This document shows, in pieces, positions 18,820-28,306 of a stretch of 64,000 nucleotides of DNA; the stretch's first letter is position 1; each line of letters begins with the position of its first letter. The translations under genes and the position numbers were made by a program. Origin of the DNA: an uncultured delta proteobacterium (lineage in GTDB: Bacteria > Desulfobacterota > Desulfomonilia > UBA1062); NCBI GenBank assembly GCA_963752595.1, contig CAVVYZ010000002.1:128001-192000 (forward strand), given 5' to 3'. The notes under the pieces were generated by a model. It searched no databases and was not told the DNA's origin. It saw only the letters and a list, made by a program, of their open reading frames with translations.

Positions 18820-21105
18820 ATGAATATCCGGAATATTGCCACCATAGTCGTAATTACGTGTATGCTCGGTTCTTCAGGAGTGTGGGGAGCTCGACTGATC
18901 AAGAGCCAGCCGCAGGCGGGAACAGAGCAGACGCAGAAAGCGGATAATACCATCGGGAAGAAGACCCAGATGCAGAATAAGAGTATCCAGCCCTCTGCCT
19001 CCTATTCAGGCCGACCTCCGGCGTCGCCCCCCTCTCCAACGCCTCCTTCCCGCACCATGACGCCGTATCACCCGTCGCAAACGGCTCGTACGGACCGCGA
19101 AAATGTGTCACAGCCTCCGGTTTCTCCAGGGTCCCGCTCAGGAAAAGGAGATGCTTCAAAAGACGAGATATCGAAAGACGGCAAACAGTATGTCACCATG
19201 GATTTCGATGGGGTCGACATCAAGGTTTTCGTAAAATTCATTGCAGACATAACCGGCAAGAATTTCATCCTGGATGATAAGGTTGCGGGCAAAATTACCG
19301 TGATATCACCCCGGAAGATGTCGCTGGATGAAGCCTATCAGGTCTTCTTGAGCGTGCTCGACGTTAATGGATTCGGGACGGTCAATATGGGGGGCGTGAT
19401 CAAGGTCGTACAGGCAGCTGATGCTATCACCAGAAGCATCGGGACATCCATGGATCCTCCGAAGAGGAGGGAAGACGTGCTGATCACACAGATCATCCCG
19501 ATGAAGCACGTCGACTGCAATGACATGAAAACACTCTTCACTCCGCTTCTCACCAGGGGAAGCTCGCAGCTCCTCGCGTATCCCCAGAGCAATATCCTCA
19601 TCATCACGGATACGAAATCCAACATCAAGAAGATGATGGAGATCCTCAAGTTCATCGATGTGAGCGGTTTCAGCGAGGAATTCCGTATCTTCCCGCTCAC
19701 CCATGCATCAGCGGCTGATCTGGGTGCGAAGCTGCAGGATATCCTTTCCGATGACAGTTCGAACCGTTCCCAGCGTGTACGTGCACCGGGCCAGCGCGGG
19801 AATCTTTCCGAGCGCGGCAAGGCCAAGATCATTCCCTACGAGAGGACGAACTCGCTGATCATCCTTGCATCTGCAACCGATATTGCGGGGGTCGAATCAC
19901 TTATCTCGAAGCTCGATATACCTACCCCGACCGGGAAGGAAGACATCCATGTCTACTACCTCCAGTATGCGAATGCGGAAGCCCTTGCCAAGGTCCTGAC
20001 CGATATGCCTACGCCGGCCAAGGCGGAAGGCACTGCCTCGCCCTCGATAACGCCTGATGGAGTCCAGAGGGGGATGCGTAGCGTAACGAACAGCGAGAAG
20101 GTGAAGATTTCTTCCGACAAGGAAACGAACTCACTCATAATCTATGCAGATCCCGATGACTATCAGAGCATGGTGGAGACCATAAAATATCTCGATATCC
20201 CCAGGAAGCAGGTCTTTGTCAAGGCAATGATCATGGAGGTAAACCAGGACAAGGACTTCAAAGTCGGCGTGGAGTGGACACTTTTCGAAGACTTTTCCTA
20301 CGACAGCAAGACCGGTAGCGACGGTACGCGGCAAAGGCGGACCGGCGGCGTGTTCGGAAGAACCGGCGAGAAGTTCGTGACCAGTCCGGCGGACGTGCCC
20401 TCAGGGGCTATCCTCGGCATCGTGGGAGAGGCGATCACGATCGGCAGCGGCAGTTCCCAGATCACCTTCCCGAATATCACCTCGTTCATCAATGCCATGG
20501 CGCACGATACCGATGTGAATATCATTTCAACCCCGCAGATCATCACCATGGACAACAAAGAGGCCGAAATAAGGGTCGGTGCCAATGTGCCCTATCTGAC
20601 CAGGGAGGATACCGACTCGACGAACATCGACAGGACCGTCCGCACCTTCGATTACCGGGATGTGGGTGTAACCCTGCGCATGACCCCGCAGATCAACCAA
20701 CAGGGCAATATCCGGCTCGAACTGTTCCAGGAGAATACCAGCCTGGTGACGGGCCAGGGGGAGCAGCAATTTGCGCCCACTACATTGAAGCGCTCCGCGA
20801 AAACAACGGTTACGGTCAAGGACGGCTCCACCATGGTCATCGGCGGGCTTATCGGCCAGACCCTGACTCTCGGAGAAACAAGGGTGCCGCTCCTCAGCAG
20901 GATCCCTATCCTTGGCTATCTCTTTAAATCCATGTTGAATAAACATGAAAAGACCAATCTCTATATCTTCCTAACCCCCCGTATCATCGACACGGAAGAA
21001 AAGGTGACCGGACTCTATAAGGAGAAATACGGCGAAATGGGCGGCAAAGGCGGAAAACTCATAGAAAAGGAAAAGGGCAAGGCCGATGAAAATCCCAAGC
21101 CTTGA
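18820..21105 (+). CDS. gspD: Type II secretion secretin GspD
   Basis: Signal peptide, N0 (MDFDGVDI..F..ITGKNFI), N-domains, QVFVKAMIMEV, STPQIITMDN, VPLLSRIPILGYLF. Confidence 0.92.
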   Translation: MNIRNIATIVVITCMLGSSGVWGARLIKSQPQAGTEQTQKADNTIGKKTQMQNKSIQPSASYSGRPPASPPSPTPPSRTMTPYHPSQTARTDRENVSQPPVSPGSRSGKGDASKDEISKDGKQYVTMDFDGVDIKVFVKFIADITGKNFILDDKVAGKITVISPRKMSLDEAYQVFLSVLDVNGFGTVNMGGVIKVVQAADAITRSIGTSMDPPKRREDVLITQIIPMKHVDCNDMKTLFTPLLTRGSSQLLAYPQSNILIITDTKSNIKKMMEILKFIDVSGFSEEFRIFPLTHASAADLGAKLQDILSDDSSNRSQRVRAPGQRGNLSERGKAKIIPYERTNSLIILASATDIAGVESLISKLDIPTPTGKEDIHVYYLQYANAEALAKVLTDMPTPAKAEGTASPSITPDGVQRGMRSVTNSEKVKISSDKETNSLIIYADPDDYQSMVETIKYLDIPRKQVFVKAMIMEVNQDKDFKVGVEWTLFEDFSYDSKTGSDGTRQRRTGGVFGRTGEKFVTSPADVPSGAILGIVGEAITIGSGSSQITFPNITSFINAMAHDTDVNIISTPQIITMDNKEAEIRVGANVPYLTREDTDSTNIDRTVRTFDYRDVGVTLRMTPQINQQGNIRLELFQENTSLVTGQGEQQFAPTTLKRSAKTTVTVKDGSTMVIGGLIGQTLTLGETRVPLLSRIPILGYLFKSMLNKHEKTNLYIFLTPRIIDTEEKVTGLYKEKYGEMGGKGGKLIEKEKGKADENPKP

Positions 21106-22783
21106 GCAGGTCCTTCAAGACATGCAGCTCGTCGATGAAGCCGGGCTGAACAAGGCGAGAACCATGCAGAAGGAGAAGGCCCTGCCTCTCCATGACGCCC
21201 TGCTTGCCTCCGGGGTGCTCAGCGATCACGATATACTGCAGGCCCTTGCTAGGTTGTGGAATATTCCGCTTCTGAGCAGGATCGAAGAGATCGAGGTAGA
21301 CCCCTCCATTATCGATGTCCTGCCCATATCGTTCCTCAGAAAATATACCATGCTCCCCGTAAAGCTTCATGAAGGAGTCCTGATCGTCGCCGTGAACGAT
21401 CCGACCGACCAGGAGCCGTTATTCGATATCGCCAAGATCCTGGGTATCAAAGAAATCAAGCGCGTGCTCACTCCCAAGCAGGAGATCCTCAGCGCGATCA
21501 ACAGGCTCGTGGACATGAAGAACGAGAGCGCCAAAGATATCATGGAAGACATGGAGGAAGAAGACGACGAGATCCTTAAGGATCTCGAAAGCATCCAGGA
21601 TATCACCCTCATGGAGACCGAGGCGCCGATCATCCGGATGGTAAACCGGCTCATGGTCCAGGCATACAAGGAGCGGGCTTCCGATATCCACGTAGAGCCC
21701 TATCAGACGGATGTGAAGGTCCGGTATCGTATCGACGGCATCCTCCATGACGTCATTACCCTTCCCAAGAGGATCCATTCATCCGTGGTATCCCGCATCA
21801 AGATCATGGCATCGCTCAACATCGCCGAGAAGAGGCTTCCCCAGGACGGCAGGATCGGCATCAGGCTCGGCGACCATTCCATCGACTTGCGAATATCCGT
21901 GGTTCCTACGGTAAACGGGGAGCGGGTGGTCATGAGGATACTCGACAAGTCCAGCGTGCTGTACGGGCTCGAGGAGCTCGGCTTTTATCCGGATGACCTT
22001 GCCATGATGGAGCGTCTCATCCGGCAGGAGCACGGCATCATTTTGGTTACGGGCCCCACCGGCTCGGGCAAAACAACCTCGCTGTACTCCATGCTGAGCA
22101 AGATCAATTCGCCGGACAAAAACATCCTCACCATCGAGGATCCCATCGAGTATCAGCTCAAAGGGATCGGGCAGATCCCGGTGAACACCAAGGTGGGGCT
22201 CACCTTTGCCTCCGGCCTTCGTTCCATCGTACGGCAGGACCCTGACGTGATCCTCGTGGGGGAAATCCGTGACCTGGAGACCGCGGAGATCGCCATCCAG
22301 GCAGCCTTGACAGGCCATCTCGTCTTTTCCACGCTCCATACCAACGATTCGTCCAGTGCAGTCACGAGGCTGATCGATATGGGCATAGAGCCTTTTCTCG
22401 TAACCTCTTCCGTGAATGCCATCGTTGCCCAGAGGCTCGCCCGGGAGATCTGCTCTTCATGCAAGCAGGAATACTATCCCGAGGATGAGAGCCTTCTGGA
22501 GATAGGCCTTTCCAAAGAAATGCTTGCCCGTGATGGATTTCTCTACAGAGGAGCCGGGTGCAGCGAATGTCTCGGAACAGGCTACAAAGGCAGGACCGGG
22601 TTATACGAGATCCTGCTCATGAGCGACACCATCAAGAGTACGATATTGAAGTCTTCGGATTCGAACATCATCAAGAATACGGCCGTTCAGGAAGGCCTGC
22701 ACACACTGCGCCAGGATGGCGCCCGGAAGGTCGAGGACGGCCATACCACAATCGAAGAGGTCTTACGGGTAACCCAGCAGTAA
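21086..22783 (+). CDS. gspE: Type II secretion ATPase GspE
   Basis: ASDIHVEP, RYRIDG, AEKRLPQDGR, GPTGSGKTT, TIEDPIEY, RQDPDVILVGEIRD, GHLVFSTLHTN, CxxC...CxxC. Confidence 0.93.
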   Translation: MKIPSLEQVLQDMQLVDEAGLNKARTMQKEKALPLHDALLASGVLSDHDILQALARLWNIPLLSRIEEIEVDPSIIDVLPISFLRKYTMLPVKLHEGVLIVAVNDPTDQEPLFDIAKILGIKEIKRVLTPKQEILSAINRLVDMKNESAKDIMEDMEEEDDEILKDLESIQDITLMETEAPIIRMVNRLMVQAYKERASDIHVEPYQTDVKVRYRIDGILHDVITLPKRIHSSVVSRIKIMASLNIAEKRLPQDGRIGIRLGDHSIDLRISVVPTVNGERVVMRILDKSSVLYGLEELGFYPDDLAMMERLIRQEHGIILVTGPTGSGKTTSLYSMLSKINSPDKNILTIEDPIEYQLKGIGQIPVNTKVGLTFASGLRSIVRQDPDVILVGEIRDLETAEIAIQAALTGHLVFSTLHTNDSSSAVTRLIDMGIEPFLVTSSVNAIVAQRLAREICSSCKQEYYPEDESLLEIGLSKEMLARDGFLYRGAGCSECLGTGYKGRTGLYEILLMSDTIKSTILKSSDSNIIKNTAVQEGLHTLRQDGARKVEDGHTTIEEVLRVTQQ

Positions 22784-24138
22784 TGGCAAAACAGAAACGG
22801 ATCTATCGCTGTTCTTCCTGCGGTCAGCTTCACACCCAGTGGATGGGAAAATGCACTCAGTGCAACGAGTGGAACACCCTGGCCGAGGATATTGTCTCGG
22901 GCACGAAAAGCTCTCCCTCCGAGGGCTCCAGGAAAAGCAAGCCCATCCCGTTAAGCGCGGTTACCGCTTCACCTTCCATGAGAAGGAAATGCGGGATCGA
23001 TGAACTGGACCGCGTCCTCGGCGGGGGCGTGGTCGAAGGGTCGCTCGTGCTCATCGGTGGAGACCCTGGAATCGGGAAATCGACCATCATGCTCCAGATG
23101 GCCAACAACCTTTCCATAACGGGTTTGCACGTTCTCTATGTAAGCGGAGAGGAGTCCGCGGTCCAGATCAAGATGAGAAGCGAGCGTCTCGGGGTCGTAT
23201 CCGAAAATATCCTGATCTATTCCGAAGTAGTCTTAGAAGAGATCCGCGAACAAGTTATAGCTTTACGGCCCGACGTGGTCATTCTCGACTCCATTCAATC
23301 CGTGTTCTCATCACAGATCGATGCGCCCCCCGGCAGCGTTTCGCAGATTCGCGAAAGTGCAGGCGTCTTTATGGAGATCGCGAAAGGCATGAACACCGTG
23401 GTCTTCGTCGTAGGCCATGTGACGAAGGAGGGATGGATAGCCGGGCCCAAGATGCTGGAGCACATGGTCGATACCGTGCTCTATTTTGAAGGCGATACCT
23501 CCGGGGTGTACCGGATATTGCGTGCGGTGAAGAACCGGTTCGGGACATCCGGAGAAATCGGTGTGTTTGAGATGAAGTCGGCCGGCCTTGAAGAAGTGCA
23601 CGATCCATCATCCATCTTTATCAACGGATTGGGAGGCGATGTGGCTGGGAGCTCCATCATGGGCGCAATCGAAGGGAGCCGGGCGCTCCTGGTAGAAGTT
23701 CAGGCCCTGGTGAGCAGGACGAGCTACAGCATGCCGAAGCGCATATCCATAGGGTCCGACCAGTCCCGGATGTCGGTGCTTCTGGCAGTGATGGAAAAGC
23801 GTGCCGGCGTGTTCCTGTCCAATTCGGACGTAGTTGTCAATATCGCAGGCGGGATCAAGGTAAGTGAACCTGCGGTCGATCTCGCCGTTTTTATGGCAAT
23901 CGCCTCAAGCGCCCTGGATAAGCCTTTGAAGAAGGGAACGGTCTGCATGGGAGAAATCGGGCTGAACGGCGAACTGCGGCCTGTGAACCACATGGAATCG
24001 AGGCTCAAGGAAGCCATCCGGATGGGATTCTCCCATGCGCTCATTCCTTCATCCAATCTCGATTCTCTTGGCGTGCTCAAAGGAATCAAACCCATTGCCC
24101 TGACTCACGTCCGTGAAGCACTGACAATTTTTTCCTGA
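22783..24138 (+). CDS. radA: DNA repair protein RadA/Sms
   Basis: Starts at TAATG overlap with gspE stop; CSSCG..WMGKCTQC zinc finger, GGDPGIGKST, KNRFG, Lon-like C-terminus. Confidence 0.96.
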   Translation: MAKQKRIYRCSSCGQLHTQWMGKCTQCNEWNTLAEDIVSGTKSSPSEGSRKSKPIPLSAVTASPSMRRKCGIDELDRVLGGGVVEGSLVLIGGDPGIGKSTIMLQMANNLSITGLHVLYVSGEESAVQIKMRSERLGVVSENILIYSEVVLEEIREQVIALRPDVVILDSIQSVFSSQIDAPPGSVSQIRESAGVFMEIAKGMNTVVFVVGHVTKEGWIAGPKMLEHMVDTVLYFEGDTSGVYRILRAVKNRFGTSGEIGVFEMKSAGLEEVHDPSSIFINGLGGDVAGSSIMGAIEGSRALLVEVQALVSRTSYSMPKRISIGSDQSRMSVLLAVMEKRAGVFLSNSDVVVNIAGGIKVSEPAVDLAVFMAIASSALDKPLKKGTVCMGEIGLNGELRPVNHMESRLKEAIRMGFSHALIPSSNLDSLGVLKGIKPIALTHVREALTIFS

Positions 24139-24218
24139 TGCATATTTATTAAGTTCATCAAGGTCCGTAAAACCATCGATATCCCTTGTTTCAGCCATGT
24201 TAAGCCTTATGTATATAT

Positions 24219-24246
24219 TAAAGAACGGGAAGCGTTATGACGATAG
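24219..24246 (+). promoter_or_regulatory. Sigma-28-like promoter (likely leaderless)
   Basis: TAAAG-N15-GACGATAG, 8 nt before in-frame ATG 24255. Confidence 0.6.
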
Positions 24247-24254
24247 TTTTGGAT

Positions 24255-24602
24255 ATGAGACGATACAATGTTTACACATTCATGCCGGGCATGGGAAGAT
24301 ACGAGATCATCAAAGAAAACCAGAAACAGTCCGGACGATCAGAAGAGGATTACTGGAATGAATGTTTTTCCTGGGAAGACTTAAAAAAAATCGTCCCGTT
24401 TTTGCGATCTCAGGGATGGAAGGTAACCATCGAACCATTGATCAGAGAAGATGCGTTCGGTAAAATACACATTTTTTCGTTCACTTATGGTATCAACCAT
24501 GATTTCAGGATCTTGAATATATCAGGAATACGGGTCATCATAGCCCGGGATTTCGGTATCCACAGATCATTAAAAGAGTCTTTTAATCCAATAGGGTATT
24601 GA
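24255..24602 (+). CDS. Hypothetical protein (115 aa)
   Basis: ORF fills the radA-IHF gap; start moved to ATG 24255 because ATG 24237 overlaps the promoter motif. Confidence 0.6.
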   Translation: MRRYNVYTFMPGMGRYEIIKENQKQSGRSEEDYWNECFSWEDLKKIVPFLRSQGWKVTIEPLIREDAFGKIHIFSFTYGINHDFRILNISGIRVIIARDFGIHRSLKESFNPIGY

Positions 24603-24671
24603 CTTCTCCCTACTACGGTATTAATAATTTTATATAGTTATACTAAGTAGTGTTTTTCAAAGGAGGGTTAC

Positions 24672-24962
24672 ATGAGTACCTTAACCAAGAGCGGAATTAT
24701 TGACGAAATAGTTCTCAATACCGGGCTTTCCCGAAAAGAAGCGAGCGACGGGATCGAGACGTTTATTGAGGTTGTTAAGGAGACCCTTGAGAAAGGAGAC
24801 CCTGTGAGCATTTCCGGTTTCGGAAAATGGAAGGTCAGGGGGAAGTCGGCAAGGAGAGGCCGGAATCCCAAGACAGCCGAAGAGATCACGATATCTCCCC
24901 GTACAGTGGTTACCTTTTCCTTATCGAATGTGCTGAGGTCGAAGCTTTCAGGTAGGGATTAA
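24672..24962 (+). CDS. ihfA: Integration host factor alpha / HU-family DNA-binding protein
   Basis: LTKSGII, VSISGFGKW, RRGRNPKTAEEITISPRTVVTF; AGGAGG SD. Confidence 0.8.
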   Translation: MSTLTKSGIIDEIVLNTGLSRKEASDGIETFIEVVKETLEKGDPVSISGFGKWKVRGKSARRGRNPKTAEEITISPRTVVTFSLSNVLRSKLSGRD

Positions 24963-25233
24963 ACTAAAAAAGAAAAGTTATTACCCACCAAGAACATGGA
25001 GGAACGCAAATTACGGTTCCTTCTTCACAGGATCAGCGTGTTAATACCTATTCCCCGTACGCTTTATGCCTGGTAAGTCAAAGCCGGGCAAGCTGCCATA
25101 CTGGGGAGCTATTGATTTCTTATCGGAAGGAAAACAGAACCCGGAGAACATCTGATCGGAAAAACACCGATGCCCTCCGGATATGAAAAGCTCTTGTTAA
25201 AAAATCTGCAAGAGCAAAAGCGAGTAGGTATAT

Positions 25234-25253
25234 AAAGCCCTATAGTAAGGGCT
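25234..25253 (-). terminator. Probable intrinsic terminator of ferredoxin gene
   Basis: AGCCCT/AGGGCT inverted repeat followed on the minus strand by a short T-rich tract, just after stop 25264. Confidence 0.4.
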
Positions 25254-25263
25254 GGACTGTCTC

Positions 25264-25437
25264 TTATTCCCCGGGCTCTATTGCATCGGTTGGACAGACG
25301 TCGGCGCAGGCACCGCAGTCTGTGCAGAGTTCAGGATCAATGGTATACTTATCATCACCCTCGCTGATAGCCTCGGCAGGACATTCATCGATGCAGGTAC
25401 CACAACAAATACATTCATCGGTAATTACATAAGCCAT
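25264..25437 (-). CDS. 2[4Fe-4S] ferredoxin (clostridial type, 57 aa)
   Basis: MAYVITDECICCGTCIDECP...CTDCGACADVCP; AAGGAG SD upstream of ATG 25437. Confidence 0.93.
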   Translation of the reverse strand: MAYVITDECICCGTCIDECPAEAISEGDDKYTIDPELCTDCGACADVCPTDAIEPGE

Positions 25438-25623
25438 TGTTGCTCTCCTTTCCATATATTCTGCAAGGTTGGTATAGAAATTATTGATAAATGGCAAGTC
25501 TTTTTTTGTGTTTTTCATACACATATGGTATCTCCGGGGAGCCGGTGAAATGAACGTCCCTCCCGGCCGTCAAGGAAGCTTGCCTTGAGATGAGGCAAAG
25601 AATACCAAGAAGGCGGTGGTGCG

Positions 25624-26091
25624 ATGGATCCCCTCATAAAGAATCTCAGATCTCGATCGTATTTCTTCGACGAGGGCATTAGATTTGAATGTCAGAAGTG
25701 CGGCACGTGCTGTACAGGAGAACCTGGCGTCATCTATGTAGATGAAGAAGAGATAACCCGTATTGCAGACCATATCGAGATCCCCCGGGATGTATTCGTG
25801 GAGCGGTGCCTTTATCTTCTCAAGGAGAGCTACAGCATCAGGGAGACCAATGACGGGAGGTGCATATTCTTTGAGAACGGCTGCGCCATATATCCTGTCC
25901 GGCCCCTGCAGTGCAGCACCTTCCCGTTCTGGTTCCAGAACATGCGTTCTCCCGATTCATGGGAGAGCGTTGTCCTTAAATGTCCGGGTATCGGGAGAGG
26001 GCCGGTTCATTCAAAGGATCACATCCTCGATAGCATCGGACAGAGCTATCCCATCTATAAAACCCTGGTGAAAGAGGTCATCCTGGAATAG
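25624..26091 (+). CDS. YkgJ-family cysteine cluster (CxxCxxCC) protein
   Basis: FECQKCGTCC, CIFF..GCAIYPVRPLQCSTFPFW, CPGIG. Confidence 0.85.
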   Translation: MDPLIKNLRSRSYFFDEGIRFECQKCGTCCTGEPGVIYVDEEEITRIADHIEIPRDVFVERCLYLLKESYSIRETNDGRCIFFENGCAIYPVRPLQCSTFPFWFQNMRSPDSWESVVLKCPGIGRGPVHSKDHILDSIGQSYPIYKTLVKEVILE

Positions 26092-26173
26092 CCCTGCTTT
26101 TGTGAACTTGGGTAGGAAACATTGAAGCACTATTATTGATAGTGTAGCCACCCAGTTTGCCAAGGGGGATGTC

Positions 26174-27544
26174 ATGGACCTGAAACCGCTGTTCGAACCG
26201 GAGTCACTGGCAGTTATCGGTGTATCTCTGCATAACGATATGCACCCCTCGAATATCATTTTTTATAAGAACCTCTACCGCTACCCTGTGGAGACATATC
26301 CGGTTAACCCCAAGGCCGGGGTGTTGAAGGGGGAAACGGCTTATCCGAGCGTGAAGGATATTCCCCACCATGTGGATCTGGCGATCATCTCTGCACGGGC
26401 AGAGGCTGTTCCAGGGATATTCGAGAATTGCATAGAATCAGGAGTCAAGGGGGCTGTCATCATCTCAGGGGGGTTTGCAGAAGTCGGGAATGTGGAATCC
26501 CAGAACCGCATCGTCGGCATTGCCAGAGAGGCTGACTTCCCCTTTATCGGACCGAACTGCCTGGGTATCTATTCCCCGGCGTACTACGACAGCTTCTTCT
26601 TTGCACCGGAACGCTTCAGCATCCCGAAAATGGGCAACGTTGCGATGATCAGCCAGAGCGGAGGCCTTCTCATGGATCAGATGATCGGTTTCTCTGTCGA
26701 AGGCGTGGGGCTCTCTCTTGCGATAAGCACCGGAAACAAGGCCCTTGTCAGGGAAGTCGAATTGCTGGACTATCTTGAAAAAGACGGCCACACGAAGGTA
26801 ATCTGCCTGTATGTCGAGGGGTTCAAGGAAGACGAGGGCCGTGAGTTCCTGGAAAAGGCAAACCTATGCAGAAAACCCATTATCCTGTTAAAGGCGGGTA
26901 AGAGTCCCGGGGGCAGCAAAGCTGTATCGAGCCACACCGCATCACTGGCAGGGGATTACCGGGTGTTCTCCTCACTGCTGAAACAAAGCGGGATCGTGGA
27001 GGCAAAGGACCCCTCCGAGCTCATGTACTTCAGTGAGGCCTTGAGTGCTTACCAGACCCCGATAAAGGGCAATATCAGCATTGTTACTCTAAGCGGCGGG
27101 CATGGCGCCCTTGCGACGGATCTCTGCTATGAGTACGGGATAAACGTTCCGGCATTCAAGCCGTATGAGCAGGATATGATACGCCAGAGGTTAAAACCCG
27201 CAATCGCTTCCATTGCTACGTGCGTCAATCCGGTTGATCTGACCGGGACCTCGACGGATGATGATTATGTCGAGGCCGCCCGGGTAATCGGTTCTTTTCA
27301 AGAGATCGACTGCCTCCTGATGCTCCTCCTGCCATATGCTCCGGGATTGTCATCCGATCTCGGTGCACGCTTGAGCATAGTCAGCCGGCAGATTGCAAAA
27401 CCCATGATTGCCTATGTGCCGAGGCTTGAAAGATACCGTATGCTTGTGGAAGGTTTCGAAATCTACGGGGTGCCTGTTGCACACACTGTCGAAGCAGCCG
27501 TACAGATGGCTGTCGCACTATCGAGTTACCGGAAAAGATCGTGA
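26174..27544 (+). CDS. Acyl-CoA synthetase (NDP-forming) alpha-subunit-like CoA-binding protein
   Basis: LFEPESLAVIG, YPVNPK, IISGGFAE, IGPNCLG, SQSGG, SHTASLAG (phospho-His), NPVDL. Confidence 0.85.
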   Translation: MDLKPLFEPESLAVIGVSLHNDMHPSNIIFYKNLYRYPVETYPVNPKAGVLKGETAYPSVKDIPHHVDLAIISARAEAVPGIFENCIESGVKGAVIISGGFAEVGNVESQNRIVGIAREADFPFIGPNCLGIYSPAYYDSFFFAPERFSIPKMGNVAMISQSGGLLMDQMIGFSVEGVGLSLAISTGNKALVREVELLDYLEKDGHTKVICLYVEGFKEDEGREFLEKANLCRKPIILLKAGKSPGGSKAVSSHTASLAGDYRVFSSLLKQSGIVEAKDPSELMYFSEALSAYQTPIKGNISIVTLSGGHGALATDLCYEYGINVPAFKPYEQDMIRQRLKPAIASIATCVNPVDLTGTSTDDDYVEAARVIGSFQEIDCLLMLLLPYAPGLSSDLGARLSIVSRQIAKPMIAYVPRLERYRMLVEGFEIYGVPVAHTVEAAVQMAVALSSYRKRS

Positions 27545-27640
27545 TGGTAAATGACGGAGCCTGCCCCTTTTGACCCTTCAGGCTTGCATAGAAACGATAT
27601 TTATGGAAGAGCATCATTATCTTTTTGAAAGGATAATGAT

Positions 27641-28294
27641 ATGGGCAGCAAAAGGGCAATCATCTTCGATCTCGACGGTACTCTGCTGGACACCTTGTCC
27701 GACATTGCAGACTCCATGAACGAAGTCCTCGCACGCTTTGGTCTCCCCCTTCATGAGCGTGACACCTATCCGGCATTTGTCGGCGGCGGCATTGACGTGC
27801 TCGTATATCGCGCCCTGCCCGAAGACAGGCGTGATGAAGCGACCGTATTCCGGGCTGTAGCCGCGATGAAGGAAGAATATGCCAGGCGGTGGTCGGATAC
27901 ATCCCGGCCATACCCGGGAGTGCCTAAGCTTCTCGATAAGCTTACGCACAAGGGGATAATCCTTGCTGTTCTATCCAACAAATTGGAATCCTTTACCAAA
28001 ACAATGGTCAAGGCCCTCCTCGGATCATGGAACTTCTTTCAGGTGCGGGGGCTTGAATTCGGCAGGTCCAGAAAACCTGACCCTTCGCAGGCCATTGCAA
28101 TCGCTCAGGATATGCATCTTGACCCGGAGCAGATTATCTTTGCAGGGGATTCGGACGTCGATATACAGACAGCCCTCCGGGCCGGCATGTTTCCCGTGGG
28201 TGTTTTGTGGGGCTATCAATCACGTCAACAGCTTATTTCAAGCGGGGCAGGAGTCCTCATTGAAAAGCCCGAGGATCTTCTCGGATATATCTAA
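27641..28294 (+). CDS. HAD-family hydrolase (phosphoglycolate phosphatase-like)
   Basis: FDLDGTLLDT, VLSNK, KPDP, GDSDVD, GVLWGY. Confidence 0.88.
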   Translation: MGSKRAIIFDLDGTLLDTLSDIADSMNEVLARFGLPLHERDTYPAFVGGGIDVLVYRALPEDRRDEATVFRAVAAMKEEYARRWSDTSRPYPGVPKLLDKLTHKGIILAVLSNKLESFTKTMVKALLGSWNFFQVRGLEFGRSRKPDPSQAIAIAQDMHLDPEQIIFAGDSDVDIQTALRAGMFPVGVLWGYQSRQQLISSGAGVLIEKPEDLLGYI

Positions 28295-28306
28295 AGGAAT
28301 AGGGAA

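Noticed and set aside
22558-22782. 75-aa N-terminal extension on RadA in the ORF track
   Set aside because: Overlaps gspE in another frame; the real start is the ATG at 22783 (MAKQKRIYRC)
25381-25420. Direct repeat ACATTCATCG twice
   Set aside because: Encodes the repeated DEC residues inside the ferredoxin; not a regulatory or CRISPR repeat
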